Below are positions 24,501 through 37,000 of a DNA stretch of 64,000 nucleotides, one piece after another; the stretch's first letter is position 1, and every line of letters begins with the position of its first letter. The stretch is from the NCBI RefSeq assembly GCF_006345805.1, contig NC_043005.1, positions 81,406,001 through 81,470,000 on the forward strand, given 5' to 3'. The position numbers and the translations under genes are program-made. This DNA comes from Octopus sinensis. Lineage: Eukaryota. The notes below the pieces were generated by a model, which was given only the letters and a program-made list of their open reading frames with translations, had not been told where the DNA came from and made no database searches.

Positions 24501-27348
24501 CATTTAATTATATTTTCTATTTTTTTTAAGAAATGACATTTATTTTCCTATATAAATTTGCTTCTCATTTGCATTTCCTTTTTTATATCGTTTGGTAAAT
24601 CTTGCAAAATATAATTGATGTTCTTTATTAATAACGATTTATGTTTTAAAAACAATTAATTAGACACACGAAACCAAATACAACTGGGAATTTGTGACAA
24701 TACAATCTCTGTCAACATCGGAAACTTTAATGAAATTGTGTGTATTTGAAGACAGGAGAGAATGCATTTTTGTACGGATGAGTCACCATCTACAACAGAC
24801 CCAACATTTAAGCGAAGAGTACATTCATTTTTAAACAACCCATTAGTGAATGCATCATTTCCAACTTATTTTTGCCCAAACACAGGGTTTTTTTCATTCA
24901 ATATTGACTAACTTGAAAAAAACCCTATTCACAATTTTATCAAGAAAGCAATACTTTTTAATACACTGGCTCTTAAAAACCCTTTCATCAAAAAGAGGAA
25001 GGAACTTTTTTCATTTATTCTTTATAGTCTTTTGTTTTTTTGCTTTTGGCAAATTGAAATCAGGCCAGACAAGATTAGTGCATAAATGAGGTGTTTCGTT
25101 ATAGAAATTGTCTGAAAACTAGCAAGAATGAGATAATACTCGTTATTTCCAGAATTGGGACTGATGCAAAGAGAACGCTCGTCCTGATGAAATAAACACC
25201 TGGATTCCTTTGTTACCACATCTTGCTACATTAAAAAAGGGAAAACGGAAATATATAATGGCTAATCCTTGTGCAGATTTCGAAAATCAGCTACGATGTC
25301 ATGTCTAGAAGGCATTGTTACACTTGTGATTTGAGAGGACCTAAACAATACGTTAGTTAATGTGAGTAATAACAACACTAAAGAGTAATGATTTTTAAAA
25401 TCGAAAGAAATAACATGCATTTTCTATTGACTTTGGGAAGACGGAAATTAAAGTCATCCCCAGGGGGATATCTTGATAGCAATGATTATCAATTTGACAT
25501 TGTCATAAATACAGAATGTCACAGCAGCCCTACGCTGATGGATATAACATAGCAATTTTTGGAAATCCATATTTTGAAAAAGCTACTCAGTAAACAAATA
25601 TGTTAGCACGGTAGAATATAGGGAAGATTGAATTAAAAAATTTACAAAACTTCTTGATTTGAGATTTGTTAAAGATTAGAAAACTGAATGGTTTTATCAT
25701 AGACAGCATTCAGAATTATTGATCATCAATTGTTATACCGCCGTGTGAGTCACAATCCAGTTACAACACCGCCTTAAGTATTTCAAAGCAAGTAGCTAGA
25801 CGTCTCATTCTGGGTAGCGCAACAACGAACTCTAGAAAACACCTTTACTTCTCTCTACCGCTCGTCATATTAGTGTATGCCGAAAATCTAGGAGTAACTC
25901 TCAAAAGTGCTATCCGAAAGAATAAGTGAACATTTACATAATTAGAAAAAGATAATGTATTTCCTGTAGACCAGAATTTCAGTATGTCCACTTCTCGAGA
26001 AATTCTTGCAGCTTCTCAAAAAGAAGTTATTATATTGTGTTTATGTGCGCAAAAAGAAAAAATTACGTGGCTTGATCGATAATTATCAGGATTTCTACTC
26101 TGTCACAAGAAAGTACAGTTTGCAGATGATGTCACTGAATGAATTTGATGCCGCAATATGATGGTTATTCAAAAAGCAATTTCTCTTTCTCGCTTTCAGT
26201 AAATGCCTCTCCATATAGAGAATTTAGTCTACGTGCGTGTGAAAGTTTCATTTTCTTCGCAAGAAATAGATTATACTCATATGAAACTATATTTGTGTTG
26301 AAGAATGGAAATGTGAAATTATGGAGCTCTAGCGGGGAGGCAGATCAACAAATCACTAATCAATAAACTTTACTAATAAACAGTATTTAAAGCAGAAAGA
26401 AGTGACGCTAAGCATTTATCCGACGTGCTAACAATTCTGCGAGCTCGTCACCTTATCTTCTCGCTGAAGCCTAAATACCATTATTAAGTTGTTTATGATC
26501 CTGATAAATGCTTCTACACAGAAGTTCTGCATCATTTATGAATAAACGCCGATTTATCCATAAATGTGGCGTCAAGTCACTTTGTACGAAAGACGTTTAG
26601 GAAAAACGATGTGTGTGTGTAATAATAACAGCTTTTAATTTTTAATACGGTCTATTCTTACTACATCTGTTATATACAGTCGTTTACTGTAAAACTAAAA
26701 CAAGGAAATACATTTTCAATAGGACAACGTACTTTCTGATTAAACTCAACCTTTCCAAAAATCTAATGGTAGCTGAAGTAACAAAAACAAATTGAAAAAA
26801 ATGTATTAACCGAAGTTATCAACATTATATCATTAGTAAATACTGCATCAAACAGTAAGGATGACAAGTAGAGAAACTGCATAGAACATCTGCCTTGTAA
26901 TCAAGAATTTACTGTATCCAATGAAAAAGAGTCCATTTAAATTCCTGTAGACACCGTCAACAAGTGCAGTTCCTCTTTGCAAACAACAGTGATGTTATGT
27001 AGTTAAAAAGTGTATATCTATAAATTATGAGAAGCAGCACTCAGAAAGGCCTAATAAATCTTATGCAACATTCAACTTTTGTTTAGTGCTCTTAAAATCA
27101 CTACAAAATATCGATATTTTGAATGGTGCACTTATAACTCATTAGGGTTCAAAGTCATTCGTTAATTAGGGAAAAACTGAAATCATAAGATATAAAAATT
27201 CCTACTCTAAGCAATGGGGACACTGAATAACGTATGAGTCTGCCATAATTTACTTAATGTAAAGTATATAAGTGCATACACATATAATTATTGAAGCCAT
27301 CAAATGAAAAGAAAAAATGAAGAAAGTTGTGTAAAGTTATATACTTAC

Positions 27349-27528
27349 ATACATATGGATGATGATGACAAAGCCAACATTGTACGAGATATATACTATG
27401 CTGAGGACGCTAAGAATTATTATTTCTACTCGGTCTGCATTTTCTTTGTCGTGGTCCAATAATGTAACTAAGCCGTGCCATGCACATACCGTCGATAGCA
27501 TAACCATTGAGATCAGTAGGTACTTGTC
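27349..27528 (-). CDS. Internal coding exon (60 aa, M3-loop-M4) of a pentameric ligand-gated ion channel subunit, Cys-less/GLIC-like type
   Basis: Acceptor ttgcag|GAC and donor TAT|gtaagt; 180 nt, phase 0/0. Translates to DKYLLISMVMLSTVCAWHGLVTLLDHDKENADRVEIIILSVLSIVYISYNVGFVIIIHMY. Two hydrophobic helices are separated by a short polar loop. The DKY start of M3 (normally following ..SYLT.L) and the C.WH motif match invertebrate Cys-less pLGICs as I recall them. Confidence 0.85.
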
Positions 27529-27540
27529 CTGCAATACAAG

Positions 27541-27620
<80 letters not shown>
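27541..27620. repeat. Pure (AAT)n microsatellite abutting the exon acceptor
   Basis: About 80 nt, uninterrupted. Confidence 0.98.
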
Positions 27621-27624
<4 letters not shown>

Positions 27625-27850
27625 ATCATCACTCAAGTATCAACATGGTTCAAAAAGATTGGTACAAATGTAAATGTAAAACACCTACAAAAATCAGCAT
27701 TTTTCGAACTGCAATATTTCTTCGCAGAATTGTTGAAGCATGGCCTGTAAACTAGTGTCTCCTTAGTCTGCTGGCTGTAGACAGCTGACGCTTTCCATCA
27801 TACCCATCAAAATAATATGTGAGGTTTCATATAATAATAATAATAATAAT

Positions 27851-28065
27851 CTTTTCTAATCTAGGCACAAGGCCCGGCGTTTTGCGAGATGAGGCCCAGT
27901 CGATTAGATCGAGCTCAGTACGCAACTGGTACTTAATTTATCGACCTCGAAAGGACGAAAGGAAAAATCGACCTCGACGTAATTTGAACTCAGAACTTAA
28001 AGACAGACGAAATACCGCTAAGCATTTCGCCCGGCGTGCTAACGTTTCTTCCAGCTCGCCGCCTT
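27851..28065 (-). mobile_element. Full-length tRNA SINE family B
   Basis: Head, B box and tail (ttttctaatctaggcacaaggccc) as at 4764. Confidence 0.9.
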
Positions 28066-28370
28066 AATAATGACCATCCATGCAGAAAGTTCAAAAGATT
28101 GTCTTTACTGGTACGTCACACGTACTGGGAAGAGCATTGTCGCTGTGAATTTTCTTTCCTTTTTTCCCGTTTATTTTCTTACTTTTTCATTTCTTTTTCT
28201 TTTTCTCTCCGCCTTTCTTCCCCTTTTCCTTTGTCACATAACTTTGTATGGGAACAATCTAGTGTGTTTCTTTTAATGGCCTAGCAATGTATACATTGTA
28301 TTACTCTGCCCTAAGTATCAGGAAGACACACTGTAAGAAATGGAAACAGAATAGAAAGATGATGATGATG

Positions 28371-28402
<32 letters not shown>

Positions 28403-29368
28403 AATGATAATAATAATGATAATAATGCTGATGATAACAGTTATGCGAATCAAATCAATATAATGATATATAAATATATAAACATATAGAGCAATGCATA
28501 AATATAACAATATATGGTAATATGTAAGACTATAAAAGCATAACTGTATATAAAACTGCAACATCTATATTTTATTCCTTTTACAAGAGCAGTCATTTTG
28601 TTATCATAATTGGGATTATCATCGTATCCCAAGAGCTAATACAACTCAGCCTTATTTACATAAATATATCCCCCAATTATTTTGCTATTTAACATTGCAG
28701 TAATGCACTAGAGGATTTCCTAAAATGAATGAATACCGAATTTACTCTCGAAATACTTTACAATAGTAGCAGCGATAAACTGGTTTATCATTCATATGGT
28801 TGATTTTAAATAAATATATTGTGGGTTTAAAAAATAAATAGATATGATAGCTTGTATAATTTTTACTGCATACTTTTGAGACTCAAGAAGCACGCTTCAA
28901 GGAATAGAGAAGAGTGTTGATATGTCTTCCTGTGGAACATAGAACTTTAGTTTATGTCTGTCAGATACACTCGAATGTTCCGGGTGTGCAATGTGTTTAT
29001 TCACATATACTATGCGTATGCTTTTCCAGTGAGTGTATGATGTATAATTTAACGAATTATAAGATCTACAAGCTTAAGATGAGAAAACTTACATAAGGAA
29101 TTTGTTTTAGAAGTATACATTTGATTAACTGTAGGAATTTCTCAAATTATACCCTTCATACGATGTGGTTTTAAAAAATATGATCAGCTTCAATTACATA
29201 TACTATCCAACAAAGAAACGGGATGCCATATGCCGACTTGAATGATATATATAAATCTGCTTCACCGAAATGAGACCCTTGCTATTTTCAGAGACCGATA
29301 ACAATCTCTGTAGAAAGTTACGGAGTTCTTACTGGAAACCGGCTTCTCTTTTAAGCTGATAATATTCT

Positions 29369-29601
29369 TATTTCTTTACTACTCACAAGGGGCTAAACAT
29401 AGAGGGGACAGACAAGGACAGTCAAACGGATTAAGTCGATTACATCGACCCCAGTGCGTAACTGGTACTTATTTAAACGACCCCGAAAGGATGAAAGGCA
29501 AAGTCGACCTCGGCGGAATTTGAACTCAGAAGGTAGCTGTAGACGAAATACCGCTAAGAATTTCGCCCGGCGTGCTAACCATTCTGCCAGCTCGCCGCCT
29601 T
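29369..29601 (-). mobile_element. Full-length tRNA SINE family A with 17-bp TSD
   Basis: Highly similar to 30848, 39193, 57998 and 60119; TSD TAAG(C/T)TGATAATATTCT. Confidence 0.95.
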
Positions 29602-29643
29602 TTGATAATATTCTATTCTAAGTTGATAATATTCTATCACCCT

Positions 29644-29840
29644 TAAAGCGACGAGCTGGCAGAATCGTTAACGCGCCGGAAAAAAAAGCTTAGTAGAGTT
29701 CAAATACTGCCGGAATACACTTTGCCTTTCATCTTTCCGCAATTGATAAAATAGGAACCAGTTGAGCACGGAGGCCGATGTAATCGACTTGCATACTCCC
29801 CAAAAATTGCTGGCCTTGTGTTAAAATTTGAAACCATTAT
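29644..29840 (+). mobile_element. tRNA SINE family B, head-to-head with the previous copy
   Basis: gcgacgagctggcagaatcgtta..gagttcaaat..ggccttgtg. Confidence 0.85.
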
Positions 29841-30689
29841 TCTATACCATTGATATATAAGGCGTGTACATTGTCCTTGCACTTGATAGTAGCAAAGCAT
29901 TAGTCACTGCCAACAAAAGAGAGAAACTCTTTCATGCCAGCTTCATTCGTTTCACGTCTCTTTGAATTGAAGAATTCTCTCACTCAGATCACATCTTCAC
30001 AGCCAGCTTCAATAGGCCACGTTTGATCAGTAACCTGTCGTCCATGTGCATCGCTACTGAATGCTTGTGTCACTATGTCATTTCCATTTGTATATTAAGG
30101 AGATGCATGTGCCATTCCACTCCAGTGTAGATTATCCCACTCTCACGCTTTTTCGCAGACTTTGGCTCAGCAGAGGCGTCTGTGTCAAACGTTCACTTTC
30201 ATGATTGAATAGGAACATTGAGATAATACTTCAATAATAACATTATAAACTTGCTTAATTGAACAGTTCCGAAATAGAATCCCCGTACATATCAAGGGAG
30301 CAGTCTTCAAATTTACGATCTCTTATTGTGATCGGCGTGTAATTGACACCGTTAAAGTTACAACAAATGCTAAGCCTTATAAGCACTGTTTAATCTTTAC
30401 TGGCGATCTAACACGTAATATAACAAAAGCAGCTACCAAAATATTGTTCCAATTTAGAGTGAGAAATCATTTAATTCTTCAAAGTCTACCGACTAAACTG
30501 AAGTCATAGACGCAAGCAAATTCTTCTCACACATTGACCATCGTTACTTCTACACAAAAATGCATGTTGAACCTAGAACAACTTCTTCCGGGTGATTCTT
30601 TAAAATCCGTTAAAGAAGACACTATGACTCTTTCCAATAAGAATAATTACTCGATGCCTCAGAATTTTTTATTGTCCTATAATATGCAT

Positions 30690-31520
30690 AGAGCCAGTTC
30701 TATTTCCGACGAGGGTGATGCAAAAGTTGATGGCAAGATCAGATTAGATAAAGTGATGTCAGTATTCGAAGGCCTTCGTCCAATATCGAGATTGAAGACC
30801 ATCTGTAAAAATATTAGAATATAGCTACACTCATTTATTGTTATACCTATTTCTTTACTAGCCACAAGGGGCTAAACACAGAAGGGACAAACAAGGACAG
30901 ACAAACGGATTAAGTCGATTACATCGACCCCAGTGCGTAACTGGTACTTAATTTATCGACCCCGAAAGGATGAAAGGCAAAGTCAACCTCGGCGAAATTT
31001 GAACTCTGAACGTAAATGCAGACGAAATACTGCTGAGCATTTCGCCCTCTGTGCTAACGTTTCTGCTAGCTCGACGCCTTTTTATACCATTGTTATACTA
31101 TTGTTATACCAGCTGCCGCCATCTACACCTGTGTAACTCGGAAGAAGACATCGAAGATCTCTCTGTTGCTGGACGTGTTCCATCGACGCTGCCTTGATTT
31201 AATCCCGGACATATTACATTGGGACAGTCTGAGAGTCAAAGAGGTGATGAGGACAGCTGGATGAGAGGTTCGTACGACATGGAAACTAAGCGGCAGGTGC
31301 GGTTTACTGGCCATGTGTTTTTTTGTTTTTTTTTGGTATTTTTACTGTAGGAGAAACATGCTACTACCTTCATGGAGTTGACGCAGGTAGGAGGAAAAGG
31401 ACCGAGAGGAAGACCAAGCAGGATGTGGAGCAGTACGTTCTGGGATGATATGATAGTGATGGGTGCATGAAGAAAGCTGCTATTCGTGATGTTTGGAGAA
31501 CATTTGATACCCGCGATGAT
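30690..31520 (+). mobile_element. Decayed RTE-like LINE RT C-terminal fragment, interrupted by a SINE
   Basis: SSISDEGDAKVDGKIRLDKVMSVFEGLRPI..IVIP | AAIYTCVT..LLDVFHRRCL..FTGHV..GPRGRPSRMWS. Confidence 0.75.
30848..31081 (-). mobile_element. Full-length SINE family A with 12-bp TSD
   Basis: TSD TATTGTTATACC at 30836-30847 and 31099-31110. Confidence 0.95.
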
Positions 31521-32791
31521 CTAACAGCTAAGAAACATACTTGTAAATATATACAAATTTAGTTTCAAATATATATATTATCCATTTTAATCTCCTTAGA
31601 ACATTCTATTTTCTGATCTACTACCTTCAGCACACCTTCAACTTCCATACATTTATATATTTCATAAAGACTAAATTTGCTTTCAGAACCCATTCGTTGC
31701 TTTTCATCAGTAACACATGATGGTGTCCATCACCTTCAGGCGACTTCTGCAACAGATGTGACTGACGTGATTAAGGTTTGTCTTCAATATTTCTATCTCA
31801 GTGGATTCGATGAATTTCCTTTCCTCTCCCGTTTTTCCTATGATCATGGATTTAGAAACAATGAAGACAATTACGGATGGCGACAAACTGACCGGTCATT
31901 GACAACCTTCAAACTCACATACAGATTTTTATCCATGGTCAGTCGCAATAGCCTCTAATTCCAAGGTGAAAAACATTAGGTGTTTATGAAATATGCATAT
32001 TCAGAGAACTTGGCAGGTTTGTAAAAATAGTAGATTAGAAAACATAATAATCTTCTGGCTGTCATACTGTATAGAGTTTCAAATTGATTTTCTTGCTTTT
32101 TTGCATTACATTTCCAAACGGAAAACTCAGACATATTTACTAATGGTAGTCCATATCACTTACGAGGCGTCATAACTCGAACAAGTTTTGAAAAAGGTGA
32201 CAAGATTTCTGTTCCTGCAAACTGTGTTATAACTCCGAGGTTGTTACGTATTAGAGAAATATATGCTTTTGACAAACATATATATGTTATAAATATTAGA
32301 TATGTTGCAACATGTTTAGCTTTTTTTTTGTATATTTCCTCATGTAATACACTGTTTTGAAGGTAATGATTTTGTATTTTAGCGTTAAAGGAAATAACCC
32401 TGAGTCACTGTGATAGCGTTGACGTTTCAGCGCTACGCTGATAACCAAAGTTATTTCATCTTTAACTCTATGTTTGAAAGTTGAGTTAATGGAGGAGAGT
32501 TACAAGTAAATGAAGATTCGAAGCGGTTTAAATACACAAGTCTCCGATATCCAAGTGGTTAAAAATTGTCAGCAGAAGGTCATCCAGGAGTCGTGACCTG
32601 GATGTGGCCCGGCTCCCTTAGAGTGAAGTATGTATTTTAATGTCCAGAAATTTATTTTTATTTGCTTGTGTCACTTGCAGCAGAAAACTTCATTCACTCA
32701 GGACTTCTGTTTTAACCAAATGAGAGGCATTTGCTGTATAATTGTGATCCATGATGACAATATTTTTATATTAGCTATTATACATATTATT

Positions 32792-33100
32792 TGTGAAGGC
32801 GCATGGCTCAGTGGTTAGCGTGTCGAGCTGAAATCGTGAGTTTGTGAGTTCGAATCCCGGAGCGGGCTGCGTGTTGTGTTCTTGAGCAAGACACTTTATT
32901 TCACGTTGCTTCAGTTCACTCAGCTGTAGAAATGTGTTGTCAAGCTGTATCTGCTGTTGCCTTTCCCTTGGATAACGTGGAGAGGGGAGGCCGCTATGCA
33001 TGGGCAACTGCTTCCATAAACAACCTTGCCCGGACTTGTGCCTGGGGGGGGTAACTTTTAAGGTGCAATGCCATGATCAGTCATGACCGAATGGGTCTCA
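32792..33100 (+). mobile_element. Full-length CORE-type SINE (family D variant) with TSD
   Basis: A box TGGCTCAGTGG, B box GAGTTCGAATCCC; flanks atacatattatt / atagatattatt. Confidence 0.92.
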
Positions 33101-33204
33101 ATAGATATTATTCTTTACATTGCTTGATTATGATTACACATGACTCAATCCAGATTCCTTCGATAATTATGTAGTCATACGTATAATGATAGTTCAGCTC
33201 ACTT

Positions 33205-33590
33205 TCAGTTTTAATTCCTCCTCTGTTCTTGAGCTCATTGGACAGCAAATTGTTGTCACTAGTTTCTGTTCACTGCAGTTTTCTCTGCATCCGTCCTTGT
33301 GGTATTGCCTTCACTCATTTCAGTTATGAATGCTCTACGCTATGTAGTCTTTGGTCTTCCTCTCTTTCTCGCTTCTAATGGTCTCCAAAAGCTAACGTTA
33401 TCTTGGTGACCGCAGTATGTTGTTACCCGCTAATTTTAATATTCGTTCTTTGATGGCTTTACAAAATAGTCTTATGTTATGTTTCCCTAAAACGCCTTCA
33501 TTTTCTATGTGATCTTGTTATATTGTTAGAATTCTTCTCGTGTATCTTTGGTAGAATACATCTAACTTTCTATCTATAATGTTGGTAAAC
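33205..33590 (-). mobile_element. Decayed RTE-like LINE 3' fragment
   Basis: DRKLDVFYQRYTRRIL..IKERILKLAG..WRPLEARKRGRPKTT*RR. Confidence 0.75.
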
Positions 33591-34007
33591 ATTGTAAAAA
33601 TACGATGATTAATTTATTTAACAAATTACCGCGAAACTATAGTTTGTTTCAAGTAGAAATGACTTGTAAATGTATCAAAAAACAACAAGATGGTTTGTTA
33701 AACGATATGTCTTTTTATAAAATTAATTTATCTTTTGGCTTTCAACATGTTCACATCAACCATGAAGGTCACACGAATAATGACATATTATAAATAACTT
33801 AATATAATTTTTCCAAAAATATTTCCCAGGAGTTGAACGAATGTGTATAAAATATTAACGGAGAATTTGATTCATTACTCGGGTCACGAGAGATTTTTGA
33901 TAAAATGCCTAAAAGAATGGTTTTTATTTTTATTTTCCTTTTTTTAATTCCTGCAATACGGAATTAAAATTGTTATATAATATTGTATGCCTATATATAC
34001 ATACATA

Positions 34008-34044
<37 letters not shown>

Positions 34045-37000
34045 CCTTAAAAGAAAATGGATTTTCTATTGAACTATCTTCCTGTGGCCAAATTTATTCC
34101 CCATATAACGTATCTTGACATAAATCTTCGTAATACTCCATCATTCTTTCGATAATGTATTTCTGCTTACATATTGAAACAATATATCCACACATCTGCA
34201 AATGTGTCGGAAAATTGCTTTTATTTGGAAAAATAATGGATATCATATTGAAAGCTTTCTAACTTGAAAAAACAATAATAGCATAATTCCCCGGTTATCG
34301 TTGGATCATATTTCATATAGCTTCTAGGCAGTGTTTAAAAATCTGAATTTGTAAACTTTTCGTATTTTACTGATTTGATTTTTCTATGCCTCAACCTTCA
34401 AAATACGTTCAATAAATTACTCTTGGGATTTTGCTTCTTCATACTTTCGCTGGCTTTCATTCATCCCTTGTGCTGTTCTGGCAAAGATAGGCCTATTTGT
34501 TAAAAACATTTACATTTGCATACTGTTGAGTAAATGCATTTAAGGAGCTGTATGTTTTTGCTACTAAATATTTAGTAAAGAAAGCCATAAACTCCTGGCT
34601 ATAAACCAGGCAGACTGGGGTTTGTTAATAATATGCTTTACCATTCAATACAACACAGGGGTTTTAATAATTTTTAAAATTCTGAGCTTATGATCGAAGG
34701 TGCACTACATTAACATTGTGTCTAACATGAAATTATTATACACAGTTTGTTTATACTTACGTTAAAAAATATTTACAGCATCCTTCAAATATCTTACTAT
34801 AGCAATTTATATCATATGGTTCAGCTCCTTATTCTAAAGACTCGAGAAGGATGTTGGCGAATATTAGTGTACGCACATGCACGGGTTTTATATAATCTAC
34901 AACAATATCAGAAAACTTGAAATATATGATTTAGAGTAGAAAAGTGAGGTGTTGTGACTGTCGTGCCAATGTCAGTAGTAAAATTTTACGGTTACAGAGA
35001 GCGTGTCAGGGTACAGATGTTAGTTGATGAGGAACCATGACATTTCTGTGCTCGCGTTGATGAACAACATTATATTATATAGCAGCTGAAACTCTCCATA
35101 TTTTCAAATAATCACTGTGCGTTGTTTGTTTTCTCTGTAAATACAAGCTAATGTATATATTATTACTTTTCCGAAGGACAATAAATGTCAGTATCTATTC
35201 GACAGACTTTTAGAAGGCACAAGTTGATTTCGAACACTACTCCGACTAAAGTGAGGGAGAATCAATGCGTTGCTTTATGCAGCAAATAATAGAATGGAGA
35301 GAATATCAGAAACCTCAACTGCCTATACGTAATTGAACTTACAATTTCAATATTACGTGCGTTGTGTGAAACTCCGGTATATATCTGTATTCTTTAATGG
35401 AAATATGTAATTACACAACCAATTTGGCTCCAAATTGTATATCATTGAAACGACTTACCCTCTGCTTTTATGCGTGCTTCTTTATGTAAAGATTTTAACA
35501 TCAAGCAGAGAAAGAAGCAAAAGGAATGAAATTGGAGATTCTAGCTATAAATATTTTAGATTAAAGAAACAAGAAACACACGGTACTGTTAGAAATTAAA
35601 TTGATTCCTTTTTCCTTTTAAATCAAAACATATTTCAACATAAATCTTATAATCCATTCTCCCTTCTGTTTAGGGACAGATCAAAATTTATATTGACAGG
35701 AAGAAAACATTAAAAGCAAGAATGTTGAATACTGCGTTATTTAAGTAGAATCTTCTTTCATACCAAAGCAGATTTCCTGTAATTCTATACTTAATCAAAG
35801 TTCCATAGTACGAGATTTTTAGGGAAAGTAGTAATAACAACAACTACAACAAATAAAGAATCAAACAGCCTCATAATACTGAACATAATATCTAAACGAT
35901 TATGTTCGTAGCAACAAATCTAACGTAATGGACAAGAATAATGTTGACATATTAGTTAAAGCCTAAGCAGAAACTATTAATTATATTTGAGCACTGAACA
36001 GTAACATGAATGAAACATTAAGAATAATAAATTATTCATGTTCTTTATTTTATTTTCCTGCTCTAAACCAAAAACATTCAATAAATTTGTATGATATAAT
36101 ATCAAAGAATTTAATTTAACAGGCTTGCACTCAGAATGCACCAGCAGCAATTACGTGTGTGGTGTATGATGTTATGACGTTTAGGTGTGATATAGCCTAA
36201 GTCACTCTGAAGTTAGAAACCAAAACATCTAGCAATTTTCCTTGTAATATTTAGTAGGATATGTGTAAACTATAATAACATTAATGATCATATATTGGAA
36301 ATTGCTCTAAAGGCAAAACTGAAAACCATGACGCTGTCATATTTTCATTACAATAAATTTCTCTTTCGATAACAGAGATAAATATAGGTTTAGTTTCCTC
36401 GAAGAAATCAAGAGAAAATTATTAAATGTAAAGATAGTTATTTGCAGTTAGCTGGCAATATTTGATATATAATAAGGGCCTCTCCTTCCTTAGAACAACT
36501 TCTAAAATCGATGATGTATAATAATGATTTCTACATTAGAGTTTAACAGGATATTTGCAATTATAATATCTTCGCTATAAGTAATGGTTCAACATGAATA
36601 GTTGCTGCTTAACCTCACACCAACACTAACCCAACAGACACCTATGACCAAAGATATTTTAATCAGGATGATCCAATACCCTTACAGCTATATCAACTAC
36701 TAATTTATTTAACAACGTGCTTTCTTTAATGGAAACACAGAGATGTGATTTGATGCCGGTTCGTTCAAGGTCCCTAGTAGCGTCTCATTTGTAGCCTCGT
36801 GATCAGTGTTTTACACCGATTGTTTATAGATCGGTGATTATTGTCGAATCTTTCATATTAAACTATCAGTAGCCAGCAAGTGATTATACACATAGGACTG
36901 GAGTTTCATATCTCATTGTTTACATTGTCTTCATTTGAAACCCAGTTACATGCCGAGTATTGGCACACGGTTTGTCAAATTAGGTAAAACAAAATTTTAT

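Noticed and set aside
22884-26288. Alternative terminal exon candidates at acceptors near 22938, 25226 and 26286
   Set aside because: No family resemblance; the exon at 10480 fits motif, phase and splice signals far better.
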